Shown piece after piece: positions 27,831-38,007 of a stretch of DNA of 62,923 bases. The DNA comes from Endomicrobiia bacterium (GTDB lineage: Bacteria; Elusimicrobiota; Endomicrobiia; DTEH01). The DNA lies in contig JANXCA010000002.1 in the NCBI GenBank assembly GCA_025060535.1, positions 1 to 62,923 of the forward strand, in the 5' to 3' direction. How positions within the stretch are numbered: the first letter of the stretch is position 1; every line of letters starts with the position of its first letter. A model generated the notes under the pieces. The model saw nothing but the letters and a program-made list of their open reading frames with translations, was not told the origin of the DNA and searched no databases. A program made the position numbers and the translations under genes.

Positions 27831-29243
27831 TTATTTTATAATGTTTTTCAACTCTGGTAAAATTAACCTAGCTATATTAAAATAAATAATTAACCCACAA
27901 ACATCTACTATACTTGTTATTAATGGAGCAGAAATTATAGCTGGATCTACTTTTAATTTTTTAGACATAAGAGGTAAAATTATACCCGTAACTACACCTA
28001 GAAGTATTACTGCACAAAGGGACAAAGCTACTACTAAACCTAACATAATATTGATTTCAACTGTTAATACACGAAAAAAACCAACTATTCCTACACCTAT
28101 CCCTAAAAGTAAAGCAGTGAGTAATTCTAATTTTATTATTTTAAAAATATTTTTAAAATTCACATCTCCAGTTGAAAGACCACGAATTATTAAAGTAGCT
28201 GTCTGTGAACCAGCATTTCCACCTGTATCTATCAACATAGGCACAAAAAATGCTAATGCTAAAATTGTAGATATCGCATCTTCAAAAACTTGTAATACAG
28301 TTCCGCTTAAAAAATTTATAATTAATAGTATCACCAACCATCCTATACGTCTTTTAAATAAATAGAATACATTAGCGTTTTGATATTTAATTTCTTCTTT
28401 ACCACCAATTTTACCAACTTCATACAACTGTTGAGTATTTAATTTTTCAATTATATCAATAACATCATCAACCGTAATAACTCCAACTAAAACATCATTA
28501 TCATCAACTACTGGTGCTATTACAAGATCATACTTTGAAAACAATTTTGCAACTTCTTCTTGAGGAGTGTTCACATTAACCTTTATAAAATGTACACTTG
28601 ACATTATTTCCGAAACTTTTATATCAGCAGGAGCGGCAATAAGTTTTCTTAATGTTATACCACCAAGTAGTTTTTTCTCTTCATTTACAACATAAAAAGC
28701 ATGAAAAGAAGAATATTTTCTAAATCTAGATAAAGAATGAATATGTTCTATTGCTTGTTTTGTAGTCATTGTTGGTGAAAGACTAATAAAATATGTATTC
28801 ATTACAGCACCAGCAGTTCCTTCTTTATAACTGAGTGTCTGTTGAATAACATTAAGGTCTTCTTTTTTAATACAACTTAACAACTTCTTTTTTACTCTCT
28901 CAGGCAAATTTTTAACCAATTTTGCTCTTTCATCAGCAGGCATATCTTCCACAAGTTTTTCTAATGGATTTTTTTCAAGATTTTCTATAATTAAACTCTG
29001 TTGCTTAGGGTCTAAATCTTCAAACACAGCTATTGCTCGGTTATATCTTAACAACCTAAAAATTATTAGTTGCTCTTCTTCTGAAAAATAATCAAAACCT
29101 TCTGCTAAATCTATTGGATGAAGTGTATTTAATATACTTTTTAATATAAAAAACTTTCTTTCTTTTATTAGTTGCTTTATTTCAGGTACTATCAAAACTA
29201 AAGGTTGCAACTTTGTAGAATTAGAATTTTTAGGGCACATCAA
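27831..29243 (-). CDS. mgtE: Magnesium transporter MgtE
   Basis: N-domain, tandem CBS domains, and a TM domain with MLIDTGGNAGSQTATLIIRGL. Confidence 0.9.
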   Translation of the reverse strand: MMCPKNSNSTKLQPLVLIVPEIKQLIKERKFFILKSILNTLHPIDLAEGFDYFSEEEQLIIFRLLRYNRAIAVFEDLDPKQQSLIIENLEKNPLEKLVEDMPADERAKLVKNLPERVKKKLLSCIKKEDLNVIQQTLSYKEGTAGAVMNTYFISLSPTMTTKQAIEHIHSLSRFRKYSSFHAFYVVNEEKKLLGGITLRKLIAAPADIKVSEIMSSVHFIKVNVNTPQEEVAKLFSKYDLVIAPVVDDNDVLVGVITVDDVIDIIEKLNTQQLYEVGKIGGKEEIKYQNANVFYLFKRRIGWLVILLIINFLSGTVLQVFEDAISTILALAFFVPMLIDTGGNAGSQTATLIIRGLSTGDVNFKNIFKIIKLELLTALLLGIGVGIVGFFRVLTVEINIMLGLVVALSLCAVILLGVVTGIILPLMSKKLKVDPAIISAPLITSIVDVCGLIIYFNIARLILPELKNIIK

Positions 29244-30484
29244 TTTTCTCCTAAGTTGTTTAGTTTTGTTATTTTTAATTTCTTAATGACTTTATCAGTA
29301 GCATCTAAAATTTCTATTTCCATATTACCAAAAAGCATTTTTTCTCCTATTTTAGGTATATATCCAATCTTGGTAGCGATATATCCACCAATTGTTACTA
29401 CTTCTTCTTCCGAAAAATTTAAGTTTAATTTTTCAGCTACTTCTTTTATATTTTCATCGCCTGATAGCACAGCTGTATTCTTATCTAATAAGTATATTTT
29501 TTGTTCTCTTACATCATATTCATCATAAATCTCACCAACTAATTCTTCAATTATATCTTCTATAGTAACAAGGCCTACAGTAGCACCGTATTCATCAACC
29601 ACAATTGCCATATGATATTGTCCTTCTTTAAATTTTCTTAAAAGATCTATAACTTTTGTAGTACTTACTACAAAAAACGGTTTTCTTAAAAGGTCTTCTA
29701 ACACAAAAATTTCTTTATTTTGCATAGCTATTATTAAATCTTTTGTATATACAATTCCAATTATATTATCAATATTTTCTTTATATACTGGAACTCTAGA
29801 AAATTTTGTATTACTTAATTTTTCTATTATTTTCTCAAAAGACCAACTAGCATCTACTGCAACTATATCTTCCTTAGGTATCATAACATTATAAACTTTT
29901 TTATCAGCAAGCTCTATAATATTAGAATAAATTAGCCTTTCATCTTTATCACTAACTTCATTGGAAATTATTTTTTTAAGTTCATATTTAGTAAGAAAGG
30001 GATTTTCTTGTTGTATATCAAAAAAAATTTTGGAAAAATAAACACTAACATCTGCAAAAAATTTTGTAAAAGGAAAAATAATTTTGCTAAATAAAATTAA
30101 ATTTTTAAACCCCAAATTAAGTATTACCTGCGGATATAAAAGAGCAAATATTTTTGGAAAAATTTCTCCAAAAGTTAACAAAATTATAATAGAAGTCCCT
30201 ATCCATAAACCGATTGAATTACTTATTACTCCTACTCCTATTGAAGCAAGATTTGTACCAATAAGGATTGTACTTAATATTTCTTCTGGTTTATTTTCCC
30301 ACAAAGTAATATAAGATAAAAGATTATCTTTAATTTTAAACTTGTTACCAGCATACTTCAATAAAGAGGTTTCTATTGCTGCGAAAAATGCACAAACAAT
30401 AACTAAAAAAATATATAAGATTATTTTTACAATATATAAAATCTTATCAACCTCTACTATAAGTTGATTTAATATCATATTCAT
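29240..30484 (-). CDS. CNNM/CorC-family protein (DUF21 + CBS pair + CorC_HlyC)
   Basis: DUF21 membrane domain (FFAAIETSLL), CBS pair, and a C-terminal transporter-associated domain (GGYIATKIGYIPKIGEKMLF). The real start may lie downstream of the track start, which overlaps the upstream gene by 38 nt. Confidence 0.85.
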   Translation of the reverse strand: MNMILNQLIVEVDKILYIVKIILYIFLVIVCAFFAAIETSLLKYAGNKFKIKDNLLSYITLWENKPEEILSTILIGTNLASIGVGVISNSIGLWIGTSIIILLTFGEIFPKIFALLYPQVILNLGFKNLILFSKIIFPFTKFFADVSVYFSKIFFDIQQENPFLTKYELKKIISNEVSDKDERLIYSNIIELADKKVYNVMIPKEDIVAVDASWSFEKIIEKLSNTKFSRVPVYKENIDNIIGIVYTKDLIIAMQNKEIFVLEDLLRKPFFVVSTTKVIDLLRKFKEGQYHMAIVVDEYGATVGLVTIEDIIEELVGEIYDEYDVREQKIYLLDKNTAVLSGDENIKEVAEKLNLNFSEEEVVTIGGYIATKIGYIPKIGEKMLFGNMEIEILDATDKVIKKLKITKLNNLGEN

Positions 30485-31445
30485 CTAAAATGTCTCCTAC
30501 TATCTCTTCAATTACATCCTCTAAAGTAACTATACCAAAAAATTTATCATTATTATCAACAACTATTGCAATATGAATTTGTGTCTCTTTAAATTTTTTT
30601 AAAACATCTTTTGCTTTATCATTTAAATTAACCTTAAGGATTGGGTGTATAACATCTGATATACTACATTCAGAACCATAACATAAATAAAATAAATCCT
30701 TTACTAATATATAACCAACTATTTTATCTAAAGAACCATAATAAACTGGAACTCTTGTTTTACCACTTTCTAAAATTTCGTCCATTACTTCTTGAAAAGT
30801 TTTGTTAGATATATCAACTGCAATAACTTTTTCTTTAGGTGTATAAATTTCTCTAATTTTAATATCATTAAATTTTGTAACCCTTTCAAATATTTCATTT
30901 ATACTTTTGGTAAATATATTTCTAGTTGTGTCACTTAAAATTTTTTTAAATTCATCTATTTTGGTAAAATAGAAAACCTTTTCTTTTGAAAGATATTTTT
31001 CTACAAAAAATAAAATAGGAGAAAACAAAAAAAATGAAAAATATTGTAAAATATATAATGGCAAAATAGCAATAGAGGCAATTCTTACAGGGAAATTTTT
31101 AGATACTATTTTAGGCAAAAGTTCACAAAATATTATAACAATGAAAGAAGCTATTATCCATATAGTAGCTTCTTTTATCTCCCTATTATTTATAAAAAAT
31201 AACTGCTCCATAAAAAATACTGTAAATTTTTCACTTAATAATAAATTAACTATTGTATTACCTATTAAAATTGTGATTATAAATCTATAAGGTTTCAAAA
31301 CCCACAATTTAACAGCGCTTTTCAAAATCTTATGTTGAAAAAAAATCTTCCTTAAGTTATAATCAGACAATGAAGTTAAAGCTGCTTCGCTCCCAGAAAA
31401 AAACGCAGATAATAACATCAATATTATTATATAAATATAAATCAT
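30447..31445 (-). CDS. CNNM-family protein (DUF21 + CBS pair, no CorC_HlyC domain)
   Basis: SAFFSGSEAALTSL DUF21 motif and a CBS pair. Ends shortly after the CBS region. Confidence 0.8.
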   Translation of the reverse strand: MIYIYIIILMLLSAFFSGSEAALTSLSDYNLRKIFFQHKILKSAVKLWVLKPYRFIITILIGNTIVNLLLSEKFTVFFMEQLFFINNREIKEATIWIIASFIVIIFCELLPKIVSKNFPVRIASIAILPLYILQYFSFFLFSPILFFVEKYLSKEKVFYFTKIDEFKKILSDTTRNIFTKSINEIFERVTKFNDIKIREIYTPKEKVIAVDISNKTFQEVMDEILESGKTRVPVYYGSLDKIVGYILVKDLFYLCYGSECSISDVIHPILKVNLNDKAKDVLKKFKETQIHIAIVVDNNDKFFGIVTLEDVIEEIVGDILDEYDIKSTYSRG

Positions 31446-31867
31446 AACTTTTCGCTTAAAACTTTTAAAATAATTTCATTACCTAAAAGTTCCATCTTTT
31501 TTCTTTCATACTCCGTATCATCATTCATTCCTTTAAAGTGTAACAAACCATGTGCAATTACTAACAAAAGTTCTTTAGAAGGTTTATTTTTAAAAACTTT
31601 AGCATTTTTTTTAATCTGCTCTAAAGATATTAAAAAATCACAACTCGTTTCATCATATTTAAAACATAAAATATCCGTAAAACGATTTTTATTAAGATAT
31701 TTTTTGTTGAACTTTCTTATCTCATTATTGTTTAAAAATACGAAATTAAATTGAAGTTTATTTTTTAATTTTTTGTTAAATAAAATATTTATAAATTTTT
31801 TAATATATTTTTTTAATTTTTCAGGATTTATTATTCTTAGATTTGTTTTATAAATAAGGTTAATCAT
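31442..31867 (-). CDS. ybeY: rRNA maturation endoribonuclease YbeY (variant metal motif)
   Basis: IAHGLLHFKGMNDD aligns with the canonical HGxLHLxGYDH. Position in the conserved phoH-pgpH-ybeY-corC block. Confidence 0.8.
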   Translation of the reverse strand: MINLIYKTNLRIINPEKLKKYIKKFINILFNKKLKNKLQFNFVFLNNNEIRKFNKKYLNKNRFTDILCFKYDETSCDFLISLEQIKKNAKVFKNKPSKELLLVIAHGLLHFKGMNDDTEYERKKMELLGNEIILKVLSEKL

Positions 31868-31877
31868 TATTTTTAAA

Positions 31878-33428
31878 TTATTTCTGTCGAATTCTAAGAT
31901 GATACAAACTTATCAACATTTGGGTTACTATATTAGAAATAATATACAAATCACGCAAAGTCAAAGGAGTTTCATCAAACTGCCCATCTATGAATTTAGT
32001 ATTAATCACACTTTCTACAGCTTGTTTAATCTTTTGTGCATCTGGGTCTTTTATGCTTCTACAAGCAGCTTCACAAGAATCACATATCATAATTATAGCT
32101 GCTTCTTTACTTTGAGGCTTAGGTCCAGGATATCTTATAAGATCTTTATTAAAGTTTAATTCTAAAGTTTTATCATATAATCCATAAATTACAGAATTTC
32201 CATGATGTTGTTCTATTATATCTATTATTTCTTTATCAAGTTTATGCTCATGAGCAAGTTTAACACCTTCTTTTACATGATTAATAATAATTAATGCGGC
32301 TAAAGATGGGTTGATATCTATATCCGGTCCTCTAAGAAAAGACTGATTTTCTATAAAATACTCTGGTTTTATGAGTTTGCCTATATCATGATATAAACTT
32401 GCAACCTTGCATAATAAACTATTTTGACCTAACTTACTGGCCACATTTTCGCTTAAAGTAGAAACTATAATAGAATGATGATAAGTTCCAGGAGCTTCTG
32501 ACATTAATCTTTTTAATAAGGGACTACTAAAATCTGATAATTCTACTAATTTAATATTAGTTATTTTTTGATATATAGTTTCAAAAGGTGGTAAAAAAAT
32601 AGATAAAATAGAAAAACTTAAAAATCCACTTAAGAAATTATTAACCAACAAACCAAGAATATGTATATCATCTTTAAATAATAATTTATAAGAAAACTTT
32701 ATATTAAATATATCTGCAACATTATTGCTAATTAAAATTTCTATTAAAAAAGAAAAAATAAAATTAAATACTACAGATTTAATTATTGCTTTGAAAATAT
32801 CTTTACGAGAATATATTTTTTCTGCTAGTCCTAAAGCATATAGGGAAGATAAAAAATAAAACAAAATATATAAATAAATCCTACCATCTCCTGTATAATA
32901 AAAAAAACTTATTATGAATACATTAAGTAAAACAAATACTATACCATACAACACACTTAATAAAAGCCCCACCAAAATCACAATTCCCACATTAGGCAAT
33001 AAATAAAAACTTAAATTATTCATTGTGTATAACAACACTATAACTATATTTAATATAACCACTGTCCAAAAAATTACAAAATTTTTTTTACTTTCATCCT
33101 TAAAATTTGCCACTATTTTAAAAATAGTAGGTTTAATTTGTTGAAAAATTATCTCATTAATAAGATATAACAATACAACCAAACTTAAAAGACGAAGTAG
33201 TATTAAAATAAAAGAAAAATGTTTTTCAAACCATAAAATTTTAATAAATATAGAAATAAATAGAACTGCAATAAATATAAAAGACAATAATTTTTCTGGC
33301 AATTTAATGATTTTAGTTTTTTTTACAGATATTCTTTGTTGAAAAGACATTGTCTGTTCTAACTGTTCTATTTTTTTTAACAAATCTAATAAGAGAGGTT
33401 TTATTTTTATTATCGCCTTTTTAAACAT
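31878..33428 (-). CDS. pgpH: 7TM-HD membrane phosphohydrolase (PgpH/YqfF-like, putative c-di-AMP phosphodiesterase)
   Basis: Multi-TM N-terminal half. HD domain with HHSIIVS, SLYHDIGKL, EQHHGNS. Confidence 0.8.
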   Translation of the reverse strand: MFKKAIIKIKPLLLDLLKKIEQLEQTMSFQQRISVKKTKIIKLPEKLLSFIFIAVLFISIFIKILWFEKHFSFILILLRLLSLVVLLYLINEIIFQQIKPTIFKIVANFKDESKKNFVIFWTVVILNIVIVLLYTMNNLSFYLLPNVGIVILVGLLLSVLYGIVFVLLNVFIISFFYYTGDGRIYLYILFYFLSSLYALGLAEKIYSRKDIFKAIIKSVVFNFIFSFLIEILISNNVADIFNIKFSYKLLFKDDIHILGLLVNNFLSGFLSFSILSIFLPPFETIYQKITNIKLVELSDFSSPLLKRLMSEAPGTYHHSIIVSTLSENVASKLGQNSLLCKVASLYHDIGKLIKPEYFIENQSFLRGPDIDINPSLAALIIINHVKEGVKLAHEHKLDKEIIDIIEQHHGNSVIYGLYDKTLELNFNKDLIRYPGPKPQSKEAAIIMICDSCEAACRSIKDPDAQKIKQAVESVINTKFIDGQFDETPLTLRDLYIISNIVTQMLISLYHLRIRQK

Positions 33429-34368
33429 TTTTTTTGGCTTCTTCCCATTGTTCGTATGCTTTTATTATTTTTTTCACTAATTTATGTCTAATAACATCAT
33501 TTTCAGTAAGATATATAAACTTTATCTCTTCTATATCTTTAAGAATCTTTGTAATTAAAACCAAACCAGACTGAGTTCTCCCATCAAGATCTATCTGCGT
33601 AATATCTCCAGTAATTACTAGCTGAGAATTAAAACCTAGACGTGTTAAAAACATCTTCATCTGTTCAGGTGTTGTATTCTGTGCTTCATCCAGAATTACA
33701 AATGCATCATTTAAAGTTCTACCACGCATATATGCTAAAGGTATAATTTCTATTATTTCTTCATCTAAATAATGTTTTAATTTCTCAGGCCCTATCATTA
33801 AAAAAAATGCATCATAAAGCGGTTTTAAATATGGATTGATTTTATCATAAAGATCACCCGGTAAAAACCCAAGCCGTTCCCCAGCCTCTACAACCGGCCT
33901 TGTTAGGACAATTTTACTTACATCTCCCCTATCTAATTTTATAAGTGACGCCATTACAGCAAGAAATGTCTTACCTGTACCAGCTGGACCTATACCTATA
34001 ACTATATCATATTCATCCATCATTTCTAAGTATAACTTCTGATTTGGTGTCTTTGGTTTTATAATCTCTCCATCATAGGCAAGATATTCATAATTTTTCA
34101 ATAGTGTTTTTTTGACTTCTTCATGTTGAGTTTTTTTAGAAATTACATTCAAATTTTTATGTTGATAAAGATGTTGAATATAATTATAAGCTTCTTCAAC
34201 ATTCTCCTTACTACCAACAATATCAACTTCAAATCCATCTTCATCAGGAAGTGGATAATAATAAATTTCAACTTTATTTACTTTTTCTATATACCTTATA
34301 TTTTTATCTTGCTCTCCAATAAGTTCTAATAATTCTTTTTTACTTTTTATATATAACTTCTTTCTCAT
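33421..34368 (-). CDS. phoH: PhoH-family ATPase (YbeZ-like)
   Basis: Walker A GPAGTGKTFLAV, Walker B ILDEAQN, GDITQIDL. Confidence 0.9.
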   Translation of the reverse strand: MRKKLYIKSKKELLELIGEQDKNIRYIEKVNKVEIYYYPLPDEDGFEVDIVGSKENVEEAYNYIQHLYQHKNLNVISKKTQHEEVKKTLLKNYEYLAYDGEIIKPKTPNQKLYLEMMDEYDIVIGIGPAGTGKTFLAVMASLIKLDRGDVSKIVLTRPVVEAGERLGFLPGDLYDKINPYLKPLYDAFFLMIGPEKLKHYLDEEIIEIIPLAYMRGRTLNDAFVILDEAQNTTPEQMKMFLTRLGFNSQLVITGDITQIDLDGRTQSGLVLITKILKDIEEIKFIYLTENDVIRHKLVKKIIKAYEQWEEAKKNV

Positions 34369-34382
34369 ATCTTTAACCTCAA

Positions 34383-36131
34383 TTATTCAATTTTTAATTG
34401 AATATTTAACTCATTTAACTGTTTTTTAGTTACATTAGAAGGAGCTTTCGTTAATAAACAAATTCCTTTTTGTGTTTTTGGAAAAGCTATTACTTCTCTA
34501 ATAGACTCTACATCTGTCAAAATTGCTAATAATCTATCTAAACCTAAAGCTAATCCTCCATGAGGAGGAGCTCCATAGCTTAGTGCTTCCAACAAAAATC
34601 CAAATTTATCTTCCATCTCCTCTTCTGATAAGCCTAAAATTCTAAAAATTTTTTTTTGCAACTCATAATTATGAATTCTTATGCTTCCACCACCAAGCTC
34701 CACTCCATTTAAAACAATATCATAGCCACAAGAACGAACTCTGAGGGGATCTTTGTCTAGAAGTTCTATGTCTTGTTTTTTAGGAGAAGTAAAAGGATGA
34801 TGAACACTCACAATTTTGTTTTCTTCGGAAGAAAACTCAAATAAAGGAAAATTAATAATCCAAAGGAATTTATAATCTTTTTTAATTAAATTTAAATCCT
34901 TAGCTATCTTATTTCTTAACAACCCTAAAAATTCACAACTTTTTTTATGCTCCTCTGCTGAAAAGAAAATTATTTCATTATCTCTAAGTTCCAATTTTTT
35001 AACAAGCATATTTAACTCTTCTTTTGAAAAGTATTTAACAATGTTAGATTCAAAATTGCCATCTAAGTACTTCACCCAAGCTAATCCCTTCATTCCTACT
35101 GACTTAGCAAATTCAATGTAGTTTTCAATTTGTTGTCTACTGAATAAATTTGCTTTATCAACTACTATCGCATTTATCTCACCTCCAGATTCTATCACAT
35201 CTCTGAATACTTTAAAATTAGTTTTTTCAAAAACATCTGTAACATTTTTAATCTCAAGTGAAAATCTCAAATCCGGTTTATCTGTTCCATATCTTGATAG
35301 TGCTTCATCATATGATAACCTCATAAATGGGATGCTAATTTCTATACCTACATACTTAAATATTTCATATAATAATCTTTCTGTAATCGACATAACATCT
35401 TCTTCACTCACAAAAGACATCTCATAATCTATTTGGGTAAATTCAGGTTGTCTATCTGCCCTTAAGTCCTCATCACGAAAACATCTTACAATCTGGAAGT
35501 ATTTATCTATTCCAGCAATCATCAAAATCTGTTTAAATAACTGCGGAGACTGTGGTAAAGCATAAAAACTACCAGGATTTAATCGAGAAGGTACTAAAAA
35601 ATCTCTTGCTCCCTCTGGAGTAGATTTTGTAAGAAAAGGTGTTTCTACTTCAATAAATCCTTCTCTAATGAAAAAATTCCTAACTATATTAATTATATCG
35701 CTGCGAAGTCTTATCCTATTTAACATTTCAAACCTGCGAATGTCTAAGTATCTATACCTTAATCTTAATTCTTCAGAAACATCCTTGTATTCGGATATTT
35801 CAAATGGCAAAATCTTTGAATAGTTCAATATTTCTATCTCTTCACATAAAATCTCAACTTCACCTGAATATAGTTTTAGGTTTTCTGTACCTTCTGGTCT
35901 TTTTCTTACTTTACCCCTTATCTTTACTACATATTCATTTTTTAACTTTTCCGCTATAGAAAAAACTTGAGAATTATCGGGTTGAAAAACAACCTGAACT
36001 AATCCTTCTCTATCTCTTAAATCAACAAAAATTACTCCACCATGATCTCTTCTTGAATGGACCCATCCATAAACCACAACTTCTTTACCTATATAATTTT
36101 TGTTTATTTTACCACAATAAATTCTCTCCAT
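34383..36131 (-). CDS. aspS: Aspartate--tRNA ligase
   Basis: OB N-domain. Class II motifs [38 protein letters not shown]. Bacterial-type 582 aa. Confidence 0.95.
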   Translation of the reverse strand: MERIYCGKINKNYIGKEVVVYGWVHSRRDHGGVIFVDLRDREGLVQVVFQPDNSQVFSIAEKLKNEYVVKIRGKVRKRPEGTENLKLYSGEVEILCEEIEILNYSKILPFEISEYKDVSEELRLRYRYLDIRRFEMLNRIRLRSDIINIVRNFFIREGFIEVETPFLTKSTPEGARDFLVPSRLNPGSFYALPQSPQLFKQILMIAGIDKYFQIVRCFRDEDLRADRQPEFTQIDYEMSFVSEEDVMSITERLLYEIFKYVGIEISIPFMRLSYDEALSRYGTDKPDLRFSLEIKNVTDVFEKTNFKVFRDVIESGGEINAIVVDKANLFSRQQIENYIEFAKSVGMKGLAWVKYLDGNFESNIVKYFSKEELNMLVKKLELRDNEIIFFSAEEHKKSCEFLGLLRNKIAKDLNLIKKDYKFLWIINFPLFEFSSEENKIVSVHHPFTSPKKQDIELLDKDPLRVRSCGYDIVLNGVELGGGSIRIHNYELQKKIFRILGLSEEEMEDKFGFLLEALSYGAPPHGGLALGLDRLLAILTDVESIREVIAFPKTQKGICLLTKAPSNVTKKQLNELNIQLKIE

Positions 36132-36165
36132 AAATAAATCCTTTCGTTAGTTATAGTAAATTATA

Positions 36166-36194
36166 AATATACTAATTTTTAAATATCAATGCAA
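36166..36194 (-). promoter_or_regulatory. Candidate sigma70-type promoter for aspS
   Basis: On the minus strand: TTGCAT (36194..36189), 17-nt spacer, TATATT (36171..36166), directly followed by TATAAT. An AAGGA RBS lies before the aspS ATG. Confidence 0.35.
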
Positions 36195-36231
36195 TAAAGA
36201 AGAGCAAAAAGAAGAAAAGAAAAAAGTAAAG

Positions 36232-36990
36232 TTATTCATCAATTTTTAAATCATACTTCCTTGTCCTCTGCTTAGCCCACTCCCAACAATACTCATAAAG
36301 ATGAAGTCCTTTAGATGAAGCAATTATTTCACCATTCTCTACACCTATTTCAGAAGCCATATATTGTTTTAAAAGTTCCATACCACCTAAGTTTGAAGGC
36401 ATTCCACCCCATAGATCCCAAGATCTGAAGTATATTATAAAATGCAACTTTCCATATCTTATTCTGGTATCTATTAGTCTACAACAAGGAGGGTCTTTTA
36501 ATCTAATATCGGTAGGCATTCCTATTTCTAATGTACATTGATTTGTTTCAAAACCTTCTGTTTTATAAATCCTTATAACCTCTTGAATTGGATTTATTTT
36601 ACACTCTATCTCTCTTTCGACATTATTTTCATCTATTATTCTAATTTTAGGGTTAACTAACCTTTCTCCATAGGTATAATCTTCTGAAGAAGTTTTTTGA
36701 TCTGTAAGAAGATAATTTAGATATTCCTGAATATATTCCATTGAAGTTGGGGCTGGAATTCCGCATCCTTCCGGAATTATTGGAATAATCTGATGATCAG
36801 GTTTTCTTACTCTAATAACAACATAATCAAATTCAAGACGCCTCATTCCTTTATAACTTCCTCTTTCTACTTTATATACATATCCGTAATCTAAAATTTT
36901 ATCTAAACACTGATACCAAGCATCATCTAAATCAAAAGCATCAATAAATACCGGTGTTAAAAATTTTTCCTTTTTATCTTCCTTTTCCAT
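36232..36990 (-). CDS. Thymidylate synthase (ThyA)-family protein, highly divergent, archaeal-like short form
   Basis: YTYGERL, DPPCCRLID (compare the ThyA active-site PPCH Cys), YFRSWDLWGGMPSN (compare ThyA YQRSCDVFLGLPFN), GLHLYEY (compare HLYSNH). 252 aa. Confidence 0.6.
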   Translation of the reverse strand: MEKEDKKEKFLTPVFIDAFDLDDAWYQCLDKILDYGYVYKVERGSYKGMRRLEFDYVVIRVRKPDHQIIPIIPEGCGIPAPTSMEYIQEYLNYLLTDQKTSSEDYTYGERLVNPKIRIIDENNVEREIECKINPIQEVIRIYKTEGFETNQCTLEIGMPTDIRLKDPPCCRLIDTRIRYGKLHFIIYFRSWDLWGGMPSNLGGMELLKQYMASEIGVENGEIIASSKGLHLYEYCWEWAKQRTRKYDLKIDE

Positions 36991-36995
36991 TTCTT

Positions 36996-37988
36996 TTAAT
37001 CCTCATAATCAGCTAAGTATTTATTTTTTGATATATACCTATTCACATATTCATCAATAGCTTTTTCAAAGTCTGTAAATTTTTTGTTATATCCACAAGA
37101 AATAATTTTATTTATATCCGCTTTAGTATAGTACTGATATTGATTTATAATTTCTTTTGGCATATCTATATATTCTATATTTGGTTTTAAATTTAAAGAA
37201 TTAAAAACAGCTAGCACAAGTTGATTAAAACTATGAGGTGTACCTGTACCAATATTGTAGATACCTGAAAAATTTCTGTTTTTGTAAAAAAATAATGTCA
37301 TTTCAACTGCATCTTTTATATATATAAAATCTCTAAGCTGCTCACCATCTTTATAATCCGGATGATAAGATTTAAATAGTTTCACTTTACCTACTTCTTT
37401 TATTTGGTAAAAAGCCTTTATTACAAAACTTCTCATATCACCTTTATGATATTCATTAGGCCCAAACACATTAAAATATTTAAGCCCTACTATTTTATTT
37501 AAGAATCCTTTATTTTTAGCCCAAAGATCAAAAAGATGTTTTGAAAACCCATACATATTTAAGGGTCTAAGAATCTCTAACTTAGTTTCATCATCACAAA
37601 AACCATTAGAACCATCTCCATAAGTGGCAGCAGAAGATGCGTAAATAAATCTTATATTTCTTTCTATAGCATACTCACATAGGATTTTTGTGTATTCAAA
37701 ATTATTCTTTATATAATATCTAGCATCACTACATATAGTAGAAGAACAAGCTCCCATATGGAAAATTGTATCTATCTTTATTTTATCATACTTTTTATTT
37801 ATTATATTTTCTAAAAAATCATCTTTCTCAACATAATCAACAAATTTAAGTCCTAAAAGATTTTTCCATTTTAAATTATCAATCTCATCTACAACAAGAA
37901 TATTATATATTTTTTCTCTATTAAGACGCCATACAATTGCACTACCAATAAATCCAGCTCCTCCTGTTACTATAACTAATGGTTTCAT
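36996..37988 (-). CDS. hldD: ADP-L-glycero-D-manno-heptose 6-epimerase-like SDR
   Basis: VTGGAGFIGSAIV Rossmann motif, catalytic YGFSK (YxxxK), about 330 aa, located in the heptose/LPS gene context with gmhB. Confidence 0.75.
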   Translation of the reverse strand: MKPLVIVTGGAGFIGSAIVWRLNREKIYNILVVDEIDNLKWKNLLGLKFVDYVEKDDFLENIINKKYDKIKIDTIFHMGACSSTICSDARYYIKNNFEYTKILCEYAIERNIRFIYASSAATYGDGSNGFCDDETKLEILRPLNMYGFSKHLFDLWAKNKGFLNKIVGLKYFNVFGPNEYHKGDMRSFVIKAFYQIKEVGKVKLFKSYHPDYKDGEQLRDFIYIKDAVEMTLFFYKNRNFSGIYNIGTGTPHSFNQLVLAVFNSLNLKPNIEYIDMPKEIINQYQYYTKADINKIISCGYNKKFTDFEKAIDEYVNRYISKNKYLADYED

Positions 37989-38007
37989 ATTTTAAAAAAT
38001 ATAAAAT

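Noticed and set aside
29240-31445. Two adjacent, overlapping CNNM/CorC genes that might be one frameshifted gene.
   Set aside because: Each has its own complete DUF21 membrane domain and CBS pair (SAFFSGSEAAL and FFAAIETSLL starts). They are therefore tandem paralogues, as commonly seen downstream of ybeY.
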